A stretch of 63,380 bases of DNA, counting the filler, from Octopus bimaculoides (taxonomy: Eukaryota): NCBI RefSeq assembly GCF_001194135.2. It is 9 parts of 8 records of this genome, joined end to end, with 100 filler letters (N's around TTAATTAATTAA, not from the genome) between each part and the next. Parts side by side here need not be neighbours in the genome. Positions count along the whole stretch, not along the records: positions 30,384 to 41,695 come from NC_068987.1; positions 41,796 to 48,883 come from NW_026374241.1; positions 48,984 to 56,434 come from NC_069005.1; 6 more parts are not named here. One strand, written 5' to 3'. A program made the translations under genes and the position numbers. Shown here piece by piece: positions 37,889-50,204 of this stretch (positions are counted from its first letter, which is position 1; each line of letters opens with the position of its first letter). The notes beneath the pieces are model-generated. The model searched no databases, was not told the DNA's origin, and saw nothing but the letters and a program-made list of their open reading frames with translations.

Positions 37889-39509
37889 CAGAGAGACAGA
37901 GACATAGAGAGAGACAGAGAGAGAGAGAGAGAGAAAAGAGGAGGGAATGAGGGGAGAGGCAGTAGTTAGATAGAAGTTAAATAGGGTGGGTGAAGGAGGG
38001 AAAGTTCTAGTGAATGAATGAATAACTGAATGAGTGACTTAGAGTGAGTGAAACGATCGGGTGCAATTAAGTAACGTAATGTAAAAGTTTACATGATATA
38101 TACATGAAAAGAAAAAAAATATATGCCAGAAATGTTCAGTTTTTACTTTGTACGGAAGCAATAACTTTTAACTAATGTAATTATATGTGCTTACGAATAA
38201 GGTTTGTCTGTTGAAGTTTCTAGATTCTGTATAATGAGTTGTCCTCTCGTCGTCTGTACCATTGTTAGAAATGTTACGTTAGGAAGTAGTAAAAAAATTC
38301 TTTTTTTCCTGGAAGGTTAATTGACAAAGTATAATACACTGTGTTGTGAATCTCGTCTAATTTAACCAATAAAGTTTGGAACATCATTGTGAAGAAATAC
38401 ATAATCTGTCACCACAGCCCCGTCTGCAGCTACAACGACGGAGACGACAATGTTAACACTATTTCAGACGACAGCTCAGACGGCAGGGCAAAAACACAAC
38501 AGGAGACACAAACCGATAGTTCGTTTGTCAAAGCATTTTGTCATTCTCTTGAATGGAAATGAATAATGATGAGAACATCAATGGCGAGGAAGATGATGAC
38601 CATTAAGTTGATGAAATCAGAGAATTTGAGGATGAAGGATATATGTGGACGAGGGTGATAACATTTTGGCGTCAGTGTGATCAAGGCGATAATGAACATG
38701 ATGTGTTGGAATAAATGAATACGGTACACATACATAGCGATTCTTCCATACAGCCACACAAACGTATATCATAGGTGTGTGTATTTGTGTGTGCGTGTGT
38801 GTGTGTCAGTGTGTGTATGCTTATATTTATATGCATTCTAGCTAGCTAATTATCTACACACATTCATACATATATATGCGTGTGTGTGCACACCACACGC
38901 ACATACATGTATATATACAGTCACTCATATATATATATATATATANNNNNNNNNNNNNNNNNNNNNNNNAAGACACACAAAAATACCTATATATATATAA
39001 GTATATACATCCAGATTTCGACAAGCACATATTAAGACACACAAAAATACCTATATATATATAAGCACGCATGATCTCTCTCTCTCTCTCTTTCTCTTTT
39101 TCTCTCACTCTCACTCTCTAACACATACAAAGAACTGCATAAGGACTTACGTGTATTGAACGGAAAAACATGAATATGTTCGAGGTACTCAGTGTTCGCA
39201 CAGATAAGTAAAACTGAAAAGTTTTGAAAGTTAGAAACGGAAGTAAATTAATTCATATTTCGGTAGATATGACACATTTCTTCAATGTTTGGCTTCACAG
39301 TTAACTATTTACAAATTTTGAGCTCATAAGCATGAGTACGTATACATGGATACATGCCAAGCATACGCTTAGTTATGTTATATTCTGTTAAGAACGTAGC
39401 AGAGTGCATTACATAGCTTGTCTACCTTCAGATTTCATCCGCTGCTATCCAGTAGTAGTATTATATGTAGTTAAAGATTTGCGCTTGGGCTTCTGTATAG
39501 TGTGAATAG

Positions 39510-39724
39510 ATAATTGAATAAGTTAGAGTCAACAAGAAGGATTGTGGTTGAATATTTCTTTGCAATCACTACAATTGTTTCTACGCAACGTACTTCTCCA
39601 GGATTGTAAGTATTTACATAACCAAATATTTACAATCTTGGAGAACTACTTTCCGTAGAAACAATTGTAGTGACTGCAAATAAATATCCAACCATACTCC
39701 TTCTCGCTGATTCCAACTTATTCA

Positions 39725-39729
<5 letters not shown>
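39510..39729. other. Fold-back element, ~103-bp arms and 8-nt spacer (probable palindromic MITE)
   Basis: 39513-39615 vs the reverse complement of 39624-39726: 15 substitutions, no indels. Confidence 0.85.
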
Positions 39730-39764
<35 letters not shown>

Positions 39765-39766
<2 letters not shown>

Positions 39767-39931
39767 AGGGTGTGGGGAAAACTTCCTGGCATTAAGGGCA
39801 TTGCAAAAGGCTTGGCTGGAGGCCTAACCTTCTGAGCCATTTTACATGGCTTAGAAAAACTGCAAAAAGTGTGTTGATCTGATATGGGACTATGTTGAAT
39901 GAAATCATAATTAACTGATCCTTCTAAATTT
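39765..39931 (+). mobile_element. Mariner-derived MITE, left part
   Basis: CGAGGG…AAAACTTCCTGGC TIR-like start; AAGTGTGTT…GGGACTATGTTGAA resembles the mariner KCV…GDYVE C-terminus; matching right end at 41257-41297. Confidence 0.6.
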
Positions 39932-40787
39932 NNNNNNNNNNNNNNNNNNNNNNNNNNNNNNNNNNNNNNNNNNNNNNNNNNNNNNNNNNNNNNNNNNNNN
40001 NNNNNNNNNNNNNNNNNNNNNNNNNNNNNNNNNNNNNNNNNNNNNNNNNNNNNNNNNNNNNNNNNNNNNNNNNNNNNNNNNNNNNNNNNNNNNNNNNNNN
40101 NNNNNNNNNNNNNNNNNNNNNNNNNNNNNNNNNNNNNNNNNNNNNNNNNNNNNNNNNNNNNNNNNNNNNNNNNNNNNNNNNNNNNNNNNNNNNNNNNNNN
40201 NNNNNNNNNNNNNNNNNNNNNNNNNNNNNNNNNNNNNNNNNNNNNNNNNNNNNNNNNNNNNNNNNNNNNNNNNNNNNNNNNNNNNNNNNNNNNNNNNNNN
40301 NNNNNNNNNNNNNNNNNNNNNNNNNNNNNNNNNNNNNNNNNNNNNNNNNNNNNNNNNNNNNNNNNNNNNNNNNNNNNNNNNNNNNNNNNNNNNNNNNNNN
40401 NNNNNNNNNNNNNNNNNNNNNNNNNNNNNNNNNNNNNNNNNNNNNNNNNNNNNNNNNNNNNNNNNNNNNNNNNNNNNNNNNNNNNNNNNNNNNNNNNNNN
40501 NNNNNNNNNNNNNNNNNNNNNNNNNNNNNNNNNNNNNNNNNNNNNNNNNNNNNNNNNNNNNNNNNNNNNNNNNNNNNNNNNNNNNNNNNNNNNNNNNNNN
40601 NNNNNNNNNNNNNNNNNNNNNNNNNNNNNNNNNNNNNNNNNNNNNNNNNNNNNNNNNNNNNNNNNNNNNNNNNNNNNNNNNNNNNNNNNNNNNNNNNNNN
40701 NNNNNNNNNNNNNNNNNNNNNNNNNNNNNNNNNNNNNNNNNNNNNNNNNNNNNNNNNNNNNNNNNNNNNNNNNNNNNNNNNNNNNNN

Positions 40788-40833
<46 letters not shown>

Positions 40834-41589
40834 GTATATGTAGATTAATGATATATGCGTGTGAACTATGTATATATGGCTGTCCGTACGTACATGTGTG
40901 TGTGTGGAGGGGCGTATATGTGACTCCAAAGAACTGGAGATATATAATCAGATTTAATTACTTAGTTCTTCTACTATAAGAAGCGAAGCAGTCAAAGCTG
41001 AGTGCTTGCCAGCATCCCATAGCCCATTGAAAACAAATAATTTTACTGTTCTTCGAGAGACCGTAGGTTTTCGTCCAATAGTCAGTTCCGAGTGAACTAA
41101 ATTTTTTTATACCAGTAATATCTGTTAGTTACTATGCTCGCCTATTGCTTTAATTTAAACCCAATTTAAATAGAGTTTTAAAAAGTGGTCACTTGTTTTG
41201 CTATGAATGTGTTAAGTCACTATATACATGTGTGTGTGTGTGTGTGNNNNNNNNNNTTTTACCTAAAGTCAGGAACTTTTCAGCCTCCACTCCTGTACAC
41301 ACACACACGCACACACACATACATACATACATACATACATACGTATATATATATATATATTTATGTCATTGTCCAGCTTTATTTGAATAGTTCTTGCCAA
41401 TATAGAAAGAGCCGCTTTCTAGCCTAGATCCCAACTCCTTCATTGGAATTCCAACATCAGTAACAGGTTATTTTTGTATGTATGTATGTATGTATGTATG
41501 TATGCATGTATGTATGTGTGCAGATTTGTATGTTTTGCTTTTATGTATGAATGTATGTATGGATGGATACATGCATGCATACATGTATG

Positions 41590-41695
<106 letters not shown>

Positions 41696-42279
41696 NNNNN
41701 NNNNNNNNNNNNNNNNNNNNNNNNNNNNNNNNNNNNNNNTTAATTAATTAANNNNNNNNNNNNNNNNNNNNNNNNNNNNNNNNNNNNNNNNNNNNGGGGG
41801 GCAAACACAATCATACTACTACCAGAGTTACTACCACCACCACTACCACAACCAATTGTAACCACTACTTTTACTACCACCCTAATCTGATACAACTACA
41901 AGACGCATGACCTAGTGCTTAGAGTGTCGAACTCAGAAGCGCTGGATGTTGATTTTGAATCCCAGACCGGTTGTTCTTGAGTTCTGAGTTCAAATTCCAC
42001 TGAGGTAGACTTTGCCTTTCAGCCTTTCCAGATCGATAAATTAAGTACCAGTGAAACACTGAGGTCAATGTAATTGACTAGTCCCCTCCTCCAAAATTTC
42101 AAGCCTTGTGCCTATAGTAGAAAGGATTATTATTATTATTATTATTGCTGTTGTTGGTGTAGTTGAGCTGGCAAAATCTTTACCGCACCGGTCAAGATGC
42201 TTTGCGGCATTTCGTCCGTCTTTGTGTTCTGAGTTCCCCTTACCCCAAATGTGCTGGCCTTGTGCCAAAATTTGAAACC

Positions 42280-42915
42280 ATAATTATTGTATAACTGTTC
42301 AACATTTCGTAGTTTCAGGCAATTTTCTACTGCATCACCTGCTGCACCTCAGTGTTGCTGGGGTATGTGCAGCATTGTGTGTTCTTTTCTGCTGTTAGGA
42401 GTGTGCAAACTCTTCCCGGAACTGTATAGCATTGTTTTCTTTTTCTTGGGGTGTGGTGATGTCTTTTGTTATGTTACTGCTTATATTGGGTGTTGAATAT
42501 GGAATGCTTTGGTTTTCTTACTTGCTGGTGGAAGTTTATTTCACTGGTTAAATGCTGTATAGAGTGTGTCTTGTGTCTGTGGGTCGTTTTGTTTAAGTTG
42601 CCTTATTGAATTGATAGTGCCTTGCGTAGGATGTGGGCTTCTCCTAGCAGGGCTATCTTTTGGATAGTGTGTAATGTTGAGGATCCAGGTATAGTTCCTA
42701 CGTTTTTGTTCATATGTTCATGCTTTTTTTTTTATCATGTCCAATGCTCCAATTATCATTGGTACTGTTTTTACCTTCATGCTCCACATTTTGAATAATT
42801 CAGTTTCGAGGTTTTGTACTTTGACAACTTCTCCACTTCTTTTTGTACAATGTTTTGATCAGAAAGGACTGCAAAGTCTATCAGTAAGCATGTGGGTTTT
42901 TTTTCCCAATCCTTG

Positions 42916-42917
<2 letters not shown>
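42280..42917 (-). mobile_element. Older R4/Dong-clade LINE 3' fragment (RLE C-terminus and 3' UTR)
   Basis: CLLIDFAVLSDQNIVQKEVEKLSKYK/…KMWSMKVKTVPMIIGAL…IQKIALLGEAHILRKAL (frameshifted), stop at 42603-42605. Confidence 0.8.
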
Positions 42918-42972
<55 letters not shown>

Positions 42973-44097
42973 GAGTGAGAGAACAGTGCATGCTATCAAA
43001 GTGACACTGGGGTTAAAATATACAAAGCCCATTATACCCATCATGACTACCCGTCTGATAAGGCTACACCAGGCACATGCATCACAGCCATATGTGCACG
43101 ACATGGTGATCTCATATCAAGATAAACAGCTCATGACCTCGCAGGTGGGGCCCAGTTAGAATTTTCTTCAGGTCGAGTAGCTCATCCCGCTNNNNNNNNN
43201 NNNNNNNNNNNNNNNNNNNNNNNNNNNNNNNNNNNNNNNNNNNNNNNNNNNNNNNNNNNNNNNNNNNNNNNNNNNNNNNNNNNNNNNNNNNNNNNNNNNN
43301 NNNNNNNNNNNNNNNNNNNNNNNNNNNNNNNNNNNNNNNNNNNNNNNNNNNNNNNNNNNNNNNNNNNNNNNNNNNNNNNNNNNNNNNNNNNNNNNNNNNN
43401 NNNNNNNNNNNNNNNNNNNNNNNNNNNNNNNNNNNNNNNNNNNNNNNNNNNNNNNNNNNNNNNNNNNNNNNNNNNNNNNNNNNNNNNNNNNNNNNNNNNN
43501 NNNNNNNNNNNNNNNNNNNNNNNNNNNNNNNNNNNNNNNNNNNNNNNNNNNNNNNNNNNNNNNNNNNNNNNNNNNNNNNNNNNNNNNNNNNNNNNNNNNN
43601 NNNNNNNNNNNNNNNNNNNNNNNNNNNNNNNNNNNNNNNNNNNNNNNNNNNNNNNNNNNNNNNNNNNNNNNNNNNNNNNNNNNNNNNNNNNNNNNNNNNN
43701 NNNNNNNNNNNNNNNNNNNNNNNNNNNNNNNNNNNNNNNNNNNNNNNNNNNNNNNNNNNNNNNNNNNNNNNNNNNNNNNNNNNNNNNNNNNNNNNNNNNN
43801 NNNNNNNNNNNNNNNNNNNNNNNNNNNNNNNNNNNNNNNNNNNCAGTGCCCAGTAGTGCAATTTTCTGTATGTTATATATATTTGTAAGTCCTGGTGTTT
43901 TTGTTATGTATTTGCCTGAATATTTTTTTATTAATCCTAAGGCACCTACTATGATAGGAATTGTTTCTGTTTTTAGATTCCACATTCGAGTTACCTCTAT
44001 TTCCAGGTCTTTGTATTTTGAAAGTTTTTCCATTTCTTTTGGGGAAACGTTGTCATCTGCTGGTATTGATACATCAATTAGAAAGCATTTTTTTGCT

Positions 44098-44100
<3 letters not shown>
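42973..44100 (-). mobile_element. Younger R4/Dong-clade LINE, 5'-truncated, flanked by (TAA)n on both sides; middle in a gap
   Basis: Uninterrupted KKCFLIDVSIPADDNVSPKEMEKLSKYKDLEIEVTRMWNLKTETIPIIVGALG…IQKIALLGT; 3' UTR at 43191-42973; TAA tracts at 42918-42972 and 44101-44151. Confidence 0.88.
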
Positions 44101-44154
<54 letters not shown>

Positions 44155-44786
44155 GTGACGGACTTCTGCACAGTTTCCATCTACTCACAAGGCATTGGTC
44201 AAACCGGATCTATGAGAGAAGACACTCGCCCCTGATACCACACAGTGTGACTAAACATGAAACCACGTGACTCCAAAGCGCGCTTCCTAACCACACAGCT
44301 TATATAACCTACGCCTACATAATTAATAATATTTTTACATTTCAGCCTCGTTGATGTTGTTCTTGTCATTGTTGCTGTTGTCGTCGTAATTGTCGTCGTC
44401 GTTGTTTGATATGTTTTTAAGCCGCGCCGCCGTTCAATCCTTCCAATCAACTCCCCAGAGAATACAGGACCAGACAATATGGCCGACTAATTGGTGAATA
44501 AACAGAATAAGTTCATTTGTGATGCCATTGTAAAACAAGCGGTCGTGTTTGTGCATATAGTGTAGCTGTTACAGGTCTGTGTTACTGTTAGTGTGCGTGT
44601 TTGCGTGTATGTATTACATGTATATGCGTATGTGTGTATATATATGTATGTATGTATATCTATCAACTCTCTCTCTCTCTCTATGTATGCATATATATAT
44701 ATATACATAGAGAGATATAGAAAAAATAATGAATCCACACGACTCAGATTAGCTACATACGCGTTTCGGGATTAAAGTAAAGTAAT

Positions 44787-45466
44787 GGATCTATTTTAAA
44801 ACGGGGGCGCCAGTTTTCATTTATGTTTTATGTAGTGTTTTTGGTACGGAAAGACTTTCAAACTTCGTATACTTATCTATTTTGTGTTATAGAACAGAAA
44901 AATATTTTTGTATTCGAATTTATTTCATGTAAAAAATTGTCTTATTTCGATAATTTCTACTAATCACTGACGTCTATTCAGTTGAAAACAGTTAGCGCTG
45001 TAACAGTGTATATCGCATTAATCCCCTAACCCTAACCCTAACCCTAACCCTAACTAGACTGTTAACCGTAACCGTAACCCTAACCCTAACCCTAAAACTA
45101 ACCCTAACTCTAGAATCCGAACTCTAAAATTGTTACACACATAGATACGCACAGCGTAATTTATTATATAAACAATATATGCGTATAAATTACGATTAAA
45201 CCGGATGAAATATGTCACTGGGAATAACATTTTTATGACCGCCCAGCAGTAACTCTATTCAGCTGAATAGACGTCAGTGATTGGTTGAAATTACAGAAAT
45301 ACGACAACTTTAACATGGAATAACTTGCGAATTCCTTTTTTTTTGTTAAGAAGACTAAGAGTAAAAGATGTTTTATATGACACATTCTACCAGTGTCCCA
45401 AGTTTCAAAGTGTTTCGTTAGTGTTTCGTTAAGAAAATACTGGCGCCCCCGTTTTAAAATAGATCC
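44787..45466. mobile_element. 680-bp MITE with 28-bp perfect TIR, 8-bp TSD and internal (TAACCC)n
   Basis: TIR GGATCTATTTTAAAACGGGGGCGCCAGT; TSD AAAGTAAT at 44779-44786 and 45467-45474; additional subterminal inverted blocks. Confidence 0.92.
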
Positions 45467-45916
45467 AAAGTAATATTTACTTATTTATCTCCCATCTTAA
45501 GTGCAGCATTTCAAGATAAATATTTTTTTTTCTTTTTGCCGACGTAAAAAAGTATGTAACTGTCTGAGAGATCTCTATGGCAGCAGAAAAAGGTATTTTA
45601 ACTGCTATTTCTAAATTTGGTGCGTGGCGAAGCATCCTAGTTCTCCCGTTTATACCAGTGTTTAGTTTTGCATTGGTATTTAAATATTTATGAAAAAAGA
45701 AGAAAATGGAGAAAGTGACGTACAGACATCAGTTTATTCAAAGATATTCCGATTAATATGAAATGAAATTTTTATTCCTACAGCCGTTTCCATATCCAAT
45801 TAGTTCAATTAGAGAAATTAAATTGAATTAAATTAATTTAAAATTTTCAAATTTAAACTGGTCGATTAGGTATTTCATCAGGAGAGAATTTCCTGAAAGT
45901 ACTTACATTCAAACGT

Positions 45917-46363
45917 GTTGGACGACCTTTGACAGACTCAGGGTCTATTGATCAACCTTTGACAAACTCAGATGAGTCTGTTGATCGACCCTTGATAGAC
46001 TCAGATGAGTCTGTTGGTCGACCCATGACAGACTCAGACGAGTCTGTTGATCGACCTTTGACAAACTCAGATGAGTCTGTTGATCGACCCTTCATAGACT
46101 CAGATGAGTCTGTTGATCGACCCTTGATAGACTCAGATGAGTCTGTTGGTCGACCCTTGATAGACTCAGACGAGTCTGTTGGTCGCCCTTGACAGATTCA
46201 GAGAAGTCTGTTGGTCGACGCTTGACATACTCAGAGGAGTCTGTTGGTCGACCCTTGATAGACTCAGATGAGTCTGTTGGTCGACCCTTGACAGACTCAG
46301 AGGAGTCTGTTGGTCGACCCTTGACAGACTCAGAGGAGTCTGTTGATCGACCTTTGACAGACA
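45917..46363. repeat. 33-bp minisatellite, 13 units plus partial units
   Basis: Consensus TGACAGACTCAGATGAGTCTGTTGGTCGACCCT; one 30-bp and one 32-bp unit. Confidence 0.95.
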
Positions 46364-46784
46364 CATCTCTTTTATTCTGCTATTTTTACTTTTATTTTTG
46401 CTTTTATTCTCTTATTTCCCTTTATACTTCTCATTTCCAACCTTTTCCAAAACAACTCCTTATATTGATCTCTACTACCATTCCCCTCTATTTAACCATC
46501 TCACATCGTCCCTGATGAAGGGATATCCCTACTATCCCAGAAACAGCTGTAAGACTAACTTTCTCTTTATAAATGTGCTGAAAATTCCACACAGCCTTTG
46601 CTTTGTTGTCTCATTTTATTTAACACACACACACATGTGTGTATATACTGTATGCATGCATGTATTTGGACGTTACATATAATTTTTGCATCTCTGCATA
46701 CATATATATATATATATGGATATATATATGTATACATGTATACATAAAATATAGACAGACAGACAGGCAGGCAGACAAACAGAC

Positions 46785-46815
<31 letters not shown>

Positions 46816-47144
46816 TAGATAGATAAACATATATACATATATATAGACACTGTTATTGATGTTAGTGATGATGATGATTGTGTGACTGTTACTCAATTTG
46901 ATAAAATTATTTTATCTAGGTTTTAATCTTTATTTTCAATGGGTTTCTTTCATGTTAACGGGTGGAGTGTGTTGCCTGCCTGTAAGATGCCTGGAAAACT
47001 TCATGTCGCGTGGAGCCGATTCAAACTGTTTTAAATAACAATATATGTAACTGTTTTAAATAACAATATATGTAACTCCTTACTAAATGTACTGAGCGAC
47101 TTTTCCTTTCGTTTGTCCACTCACCAGTGTGTGTGTGTATACAT

Positions 47145-47187
<43 letters not shown>

Positions 47188-47949
47188 CACACACACACGC
47201 ATACACACNNNNNNNNNNNNNNNNNNNNNNNNNNNNNNNNNNNNNNNNNNNNNNNNNNNNNNNNNNNNNNNNNNNNNNNNNNNNNNNNNNNNNNNNNNNN
47301 NNNNNNNNNNNNNNNNNNNNNNNNNNNNNNNNNNNNNNNNNNNNNNNNNNNNNNNNNNNNNNNNNNNNNNNNNNNNNNNNNNNNNNNNNNNNNNNNNNNN
47401 NNNNNNNNNNNNNNNNNNNNNNNNNNNNNNNNNNNNNNNNNNNNNNNNNNNNNNNNNNNNNNNNNNNNNNNNNNNNNNNNNNNNNNNNNNNNNNNNNNNN
47501 NNNNNNNNNNNNNNNNNNNNNNNNNNNNNNNNNNNNNNNNNNNNNNNNNNNNNNNNNNNNNNNNNNNNNNNNNNNNNNNNNNNNNNNNNNNNNNNNNNNN
47601 NNNNNNNNNNNNNNNNNNNNNNNNNNNNNNNNNNNNNNNNNNNNNNNNNNNNNNNNNNNNNNNNNNNNNNNNNNNNNNNNNNNNNNNNNNNNNNNNNNNN
47701 NNNNNNNNNNNNNNNNTATGTATGTATGTATGTATTCATTATTGCAAACATTGAAACCCTATCGATTTCATAAACCTGTCCCAGATTATCTTAAACAAAT
47801 ATTGAAAGTCTCAATTAATTGCTCTTTCCTATATGATTGTGTGTGAGTGTATGTGTGTGTGCGTGTGTGTGTGTGTTAAAAACAGACATTTGTTCATACA
47901 AGTTCATTCTTAAGCAGTCTCGATTATTTCATAAGTTTTCGTAGCGTTT

Positions 47950-48060
47950 TTGCTCAGTTTACCCTAAAACTTTATTGCATAAGAAGCTTCAAATTTGTCT
48001 TCACACACCGCCTGCATTCTGGAAATTAGTCAGCAATGACAAGCAGGGTGTGTTCAAAGT
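47950..48060 (-). mobile_element. Possible mariner 5' remnant
   Basis: MQAVCEDKFEASYAIKF* resembles the mariner N-terminal EQRYAIKF. Confidence 0.4.
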
Positions 48061-48764
48061 GCTGTTACAGAGGTGTCCTTCGAATTGGAATAATATTAGG
48101 TGGCAGGTCAGCTTATTCGATGTATAGTAATGATATACTAAAGTTACAATAATCTAGGACAATTATGACTGCTTATTCTTAAAACAATCACAAAACTTCT
48201 GGAATGCACCTAGTATACACACATACACATGCGCGCTCACACACACAAACAAACAAACAAACACACGCAATTAAAGAGTACGCACATCAGCAAACATGTC
48301 TATTGCTGTTTTATTAACGAAAAATCCGTTCTGTCCTGGCTGTGAAGGGCAGATTTGGTGTTGGTAAGTAACGACACTAAAAAATGCCGAAATGCATTGT
48401 CCTACAGACCAATTAAGGTCGTTCATAATCCAGTGTTCTCACATCTGTTGCCTGGGAGGAAAATTTTCTCTCGGGACTATTTCTGCAATGAAATGGCTTC
48501 TCACGTCCGAGTGTACCTGAGCATGTTATACACAGCAAAGTTTCACAGCTCTAATATCACTGCTTCATAATCACCCGACGAAACTTTCAGCCCATCTTCG
48601 TACGTCAACGTAGAAACGTTAAAAAAGACAAATCTAGTGAAAATTTGAAAATGTTCTCGTGGGTAGAAAAAAATCATGAAGATCCACAACAAATACCTGC
48701 GCAGCCTCCACCACCACCACCACCACCACCACCACCACTGCCACTGCTGCAGCGGCTGCTTCTT

Positions 48765-48825
<61 letters not shown>

Positions 48826-48983
48826 GAGCTCCCTATAACTAACTACTACAACAAATTCTATATATACTACTCTTACTATCACCNNNNNNNNNNNNNNNNN
48901 NNNNNNNNNNNNNNNNNNNNNNNNNNNTTAATTAATTAANNNNNNNNNNNNNNNNNNNNNNNNNNNNNNNNNNNNNNNNNNNN

Positions 48984-49219
48984 AAAGGCAAAGTCAACGT
49001 TGGTGGAATTTGAACTCAGAACATAAAGATGGATAAAATGGGCAGCAGTTTTGTGGGAGGGAACAAGTCAATTATATCGACCTCAGTACGCAACTGGTAC
49101 TTAATTTATCGACCCCCGAAAGGATGAAAGGCAAAGTTGACCTCGGCCGAATTTGAACTCAGAACATAGCAAAGAGCTGCTAAGCGTTTTGCCCGACATG
49201 TTAACAATTCTGTTAGCTA

Positions 49220-49220
<1 letters not shown>
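48984..49220 (-). mobile_element. Two SINE family B fragments
   Basis: GAAAGGATGAAAGGCAAAGTTGACCTCGG motif repeated. Confidence 0.75.
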
Positions 49221-49266
<46 letters not shown>

Positions 49267-49787
49267 TGATGATGATGATGATGATGATAATAACTACTAT
49301 TCCCTTTCTGGCAACTAATTATGCCAGAACTGAGAACAATCCCTTTCCTAAAAATTTGCTGAGTTAATTTAAAGAAGAAAGAATCTATCTACCTAAATAA
49401 ATAAATATAAATACATAAAAAAGAAAATATGAACAATGTATTGAGATAAATTAATTTACTAATTAATTAGCGAGGAGTTTCGCCAATTAAAAACTACACA
49501 CGCACACATACACACAATTATATACAATCTCTCTCTCTCTATATATATATATATACATTCATATCAAAACACATATTATTGCACCCTATATATATATCAC
49601 AATATACACGTGTGTGTGCGTGTGTAAATATATATACATGTTCACACACTTATATATATGTGTGTATATATGCTGCTGTGTCCTCTAAGCAGTTCTGCAA
49701 CCAGCCTACGAAAACCTTGGTTGCCTCATATCTGCCTATAAAGTGCAAGCGTACTTTTGTCAGACGGGGAATAAAAAGAATATTTAC

Positions 49788-49816
49788 ACCGTGTAACATA
49801 TACAAGGCTGCCAAAG
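49788..49816 (-). CDS. Candidate short exon (A)LAALYMLHG; the 3' boundary is uncertain
   Basis: Strong acceptor ttatttgctttctgttaattttag; candidate gtaaat donor. Confidence 0.15.
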
Positions 49817-50204
49817 CTAAAATTAACAGAAAGCAAATAACACCACACACACACATACGAACGGGCGGTGGGTTGACAGGTTTACTGGAGTGGTGGCTAG
49901 AATACCTTGAAGTATTTGTTTCCACTCCAAGCCGAAATCCCACCAAGGTCAACTTGGCCATTAATCCTCTGCAGATAAATAAACAACTCAAACTACAAAT
50001 TGATTCTCTCGGACCTAATTCCATAACAATGCTAAAATACGCATGTGAATCTGTATAAATTATTAATTAATCAACCTAATTAAAACCATAAAAACAACAT
50101 ATCTGATTTCATAACGTATTGGTAATGCAATTCCTTTTAATTAAACAAAATGTCATAATGTCTATAGCATATTCTTCTGTGGCCATCCTGGGACACATTT
50201 AAGT

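Noticed and set aside
44420-44490. CpG-rich patch with a YY1-like AATATGGCCG
   Set aside because: A single short motif with no supporting exon structure
45025-45110. Telomere or chromosome-fusion scar
   Set aside because: The array is short and lies inside a TIR/TSD-bounded MITE
45917-46363. CRISPR-like appearance (33-bp palindromic repeats)
   Set aside because: Units are contiguous with no unique spacers, there are no cas genes, and the context is eukaryotic
47026-47075. 25-bp tandem duplication (also an ~27-bp duplication at ~56352-56405)
   Set aside because: Ordinary slippage-type duplications with no functional context
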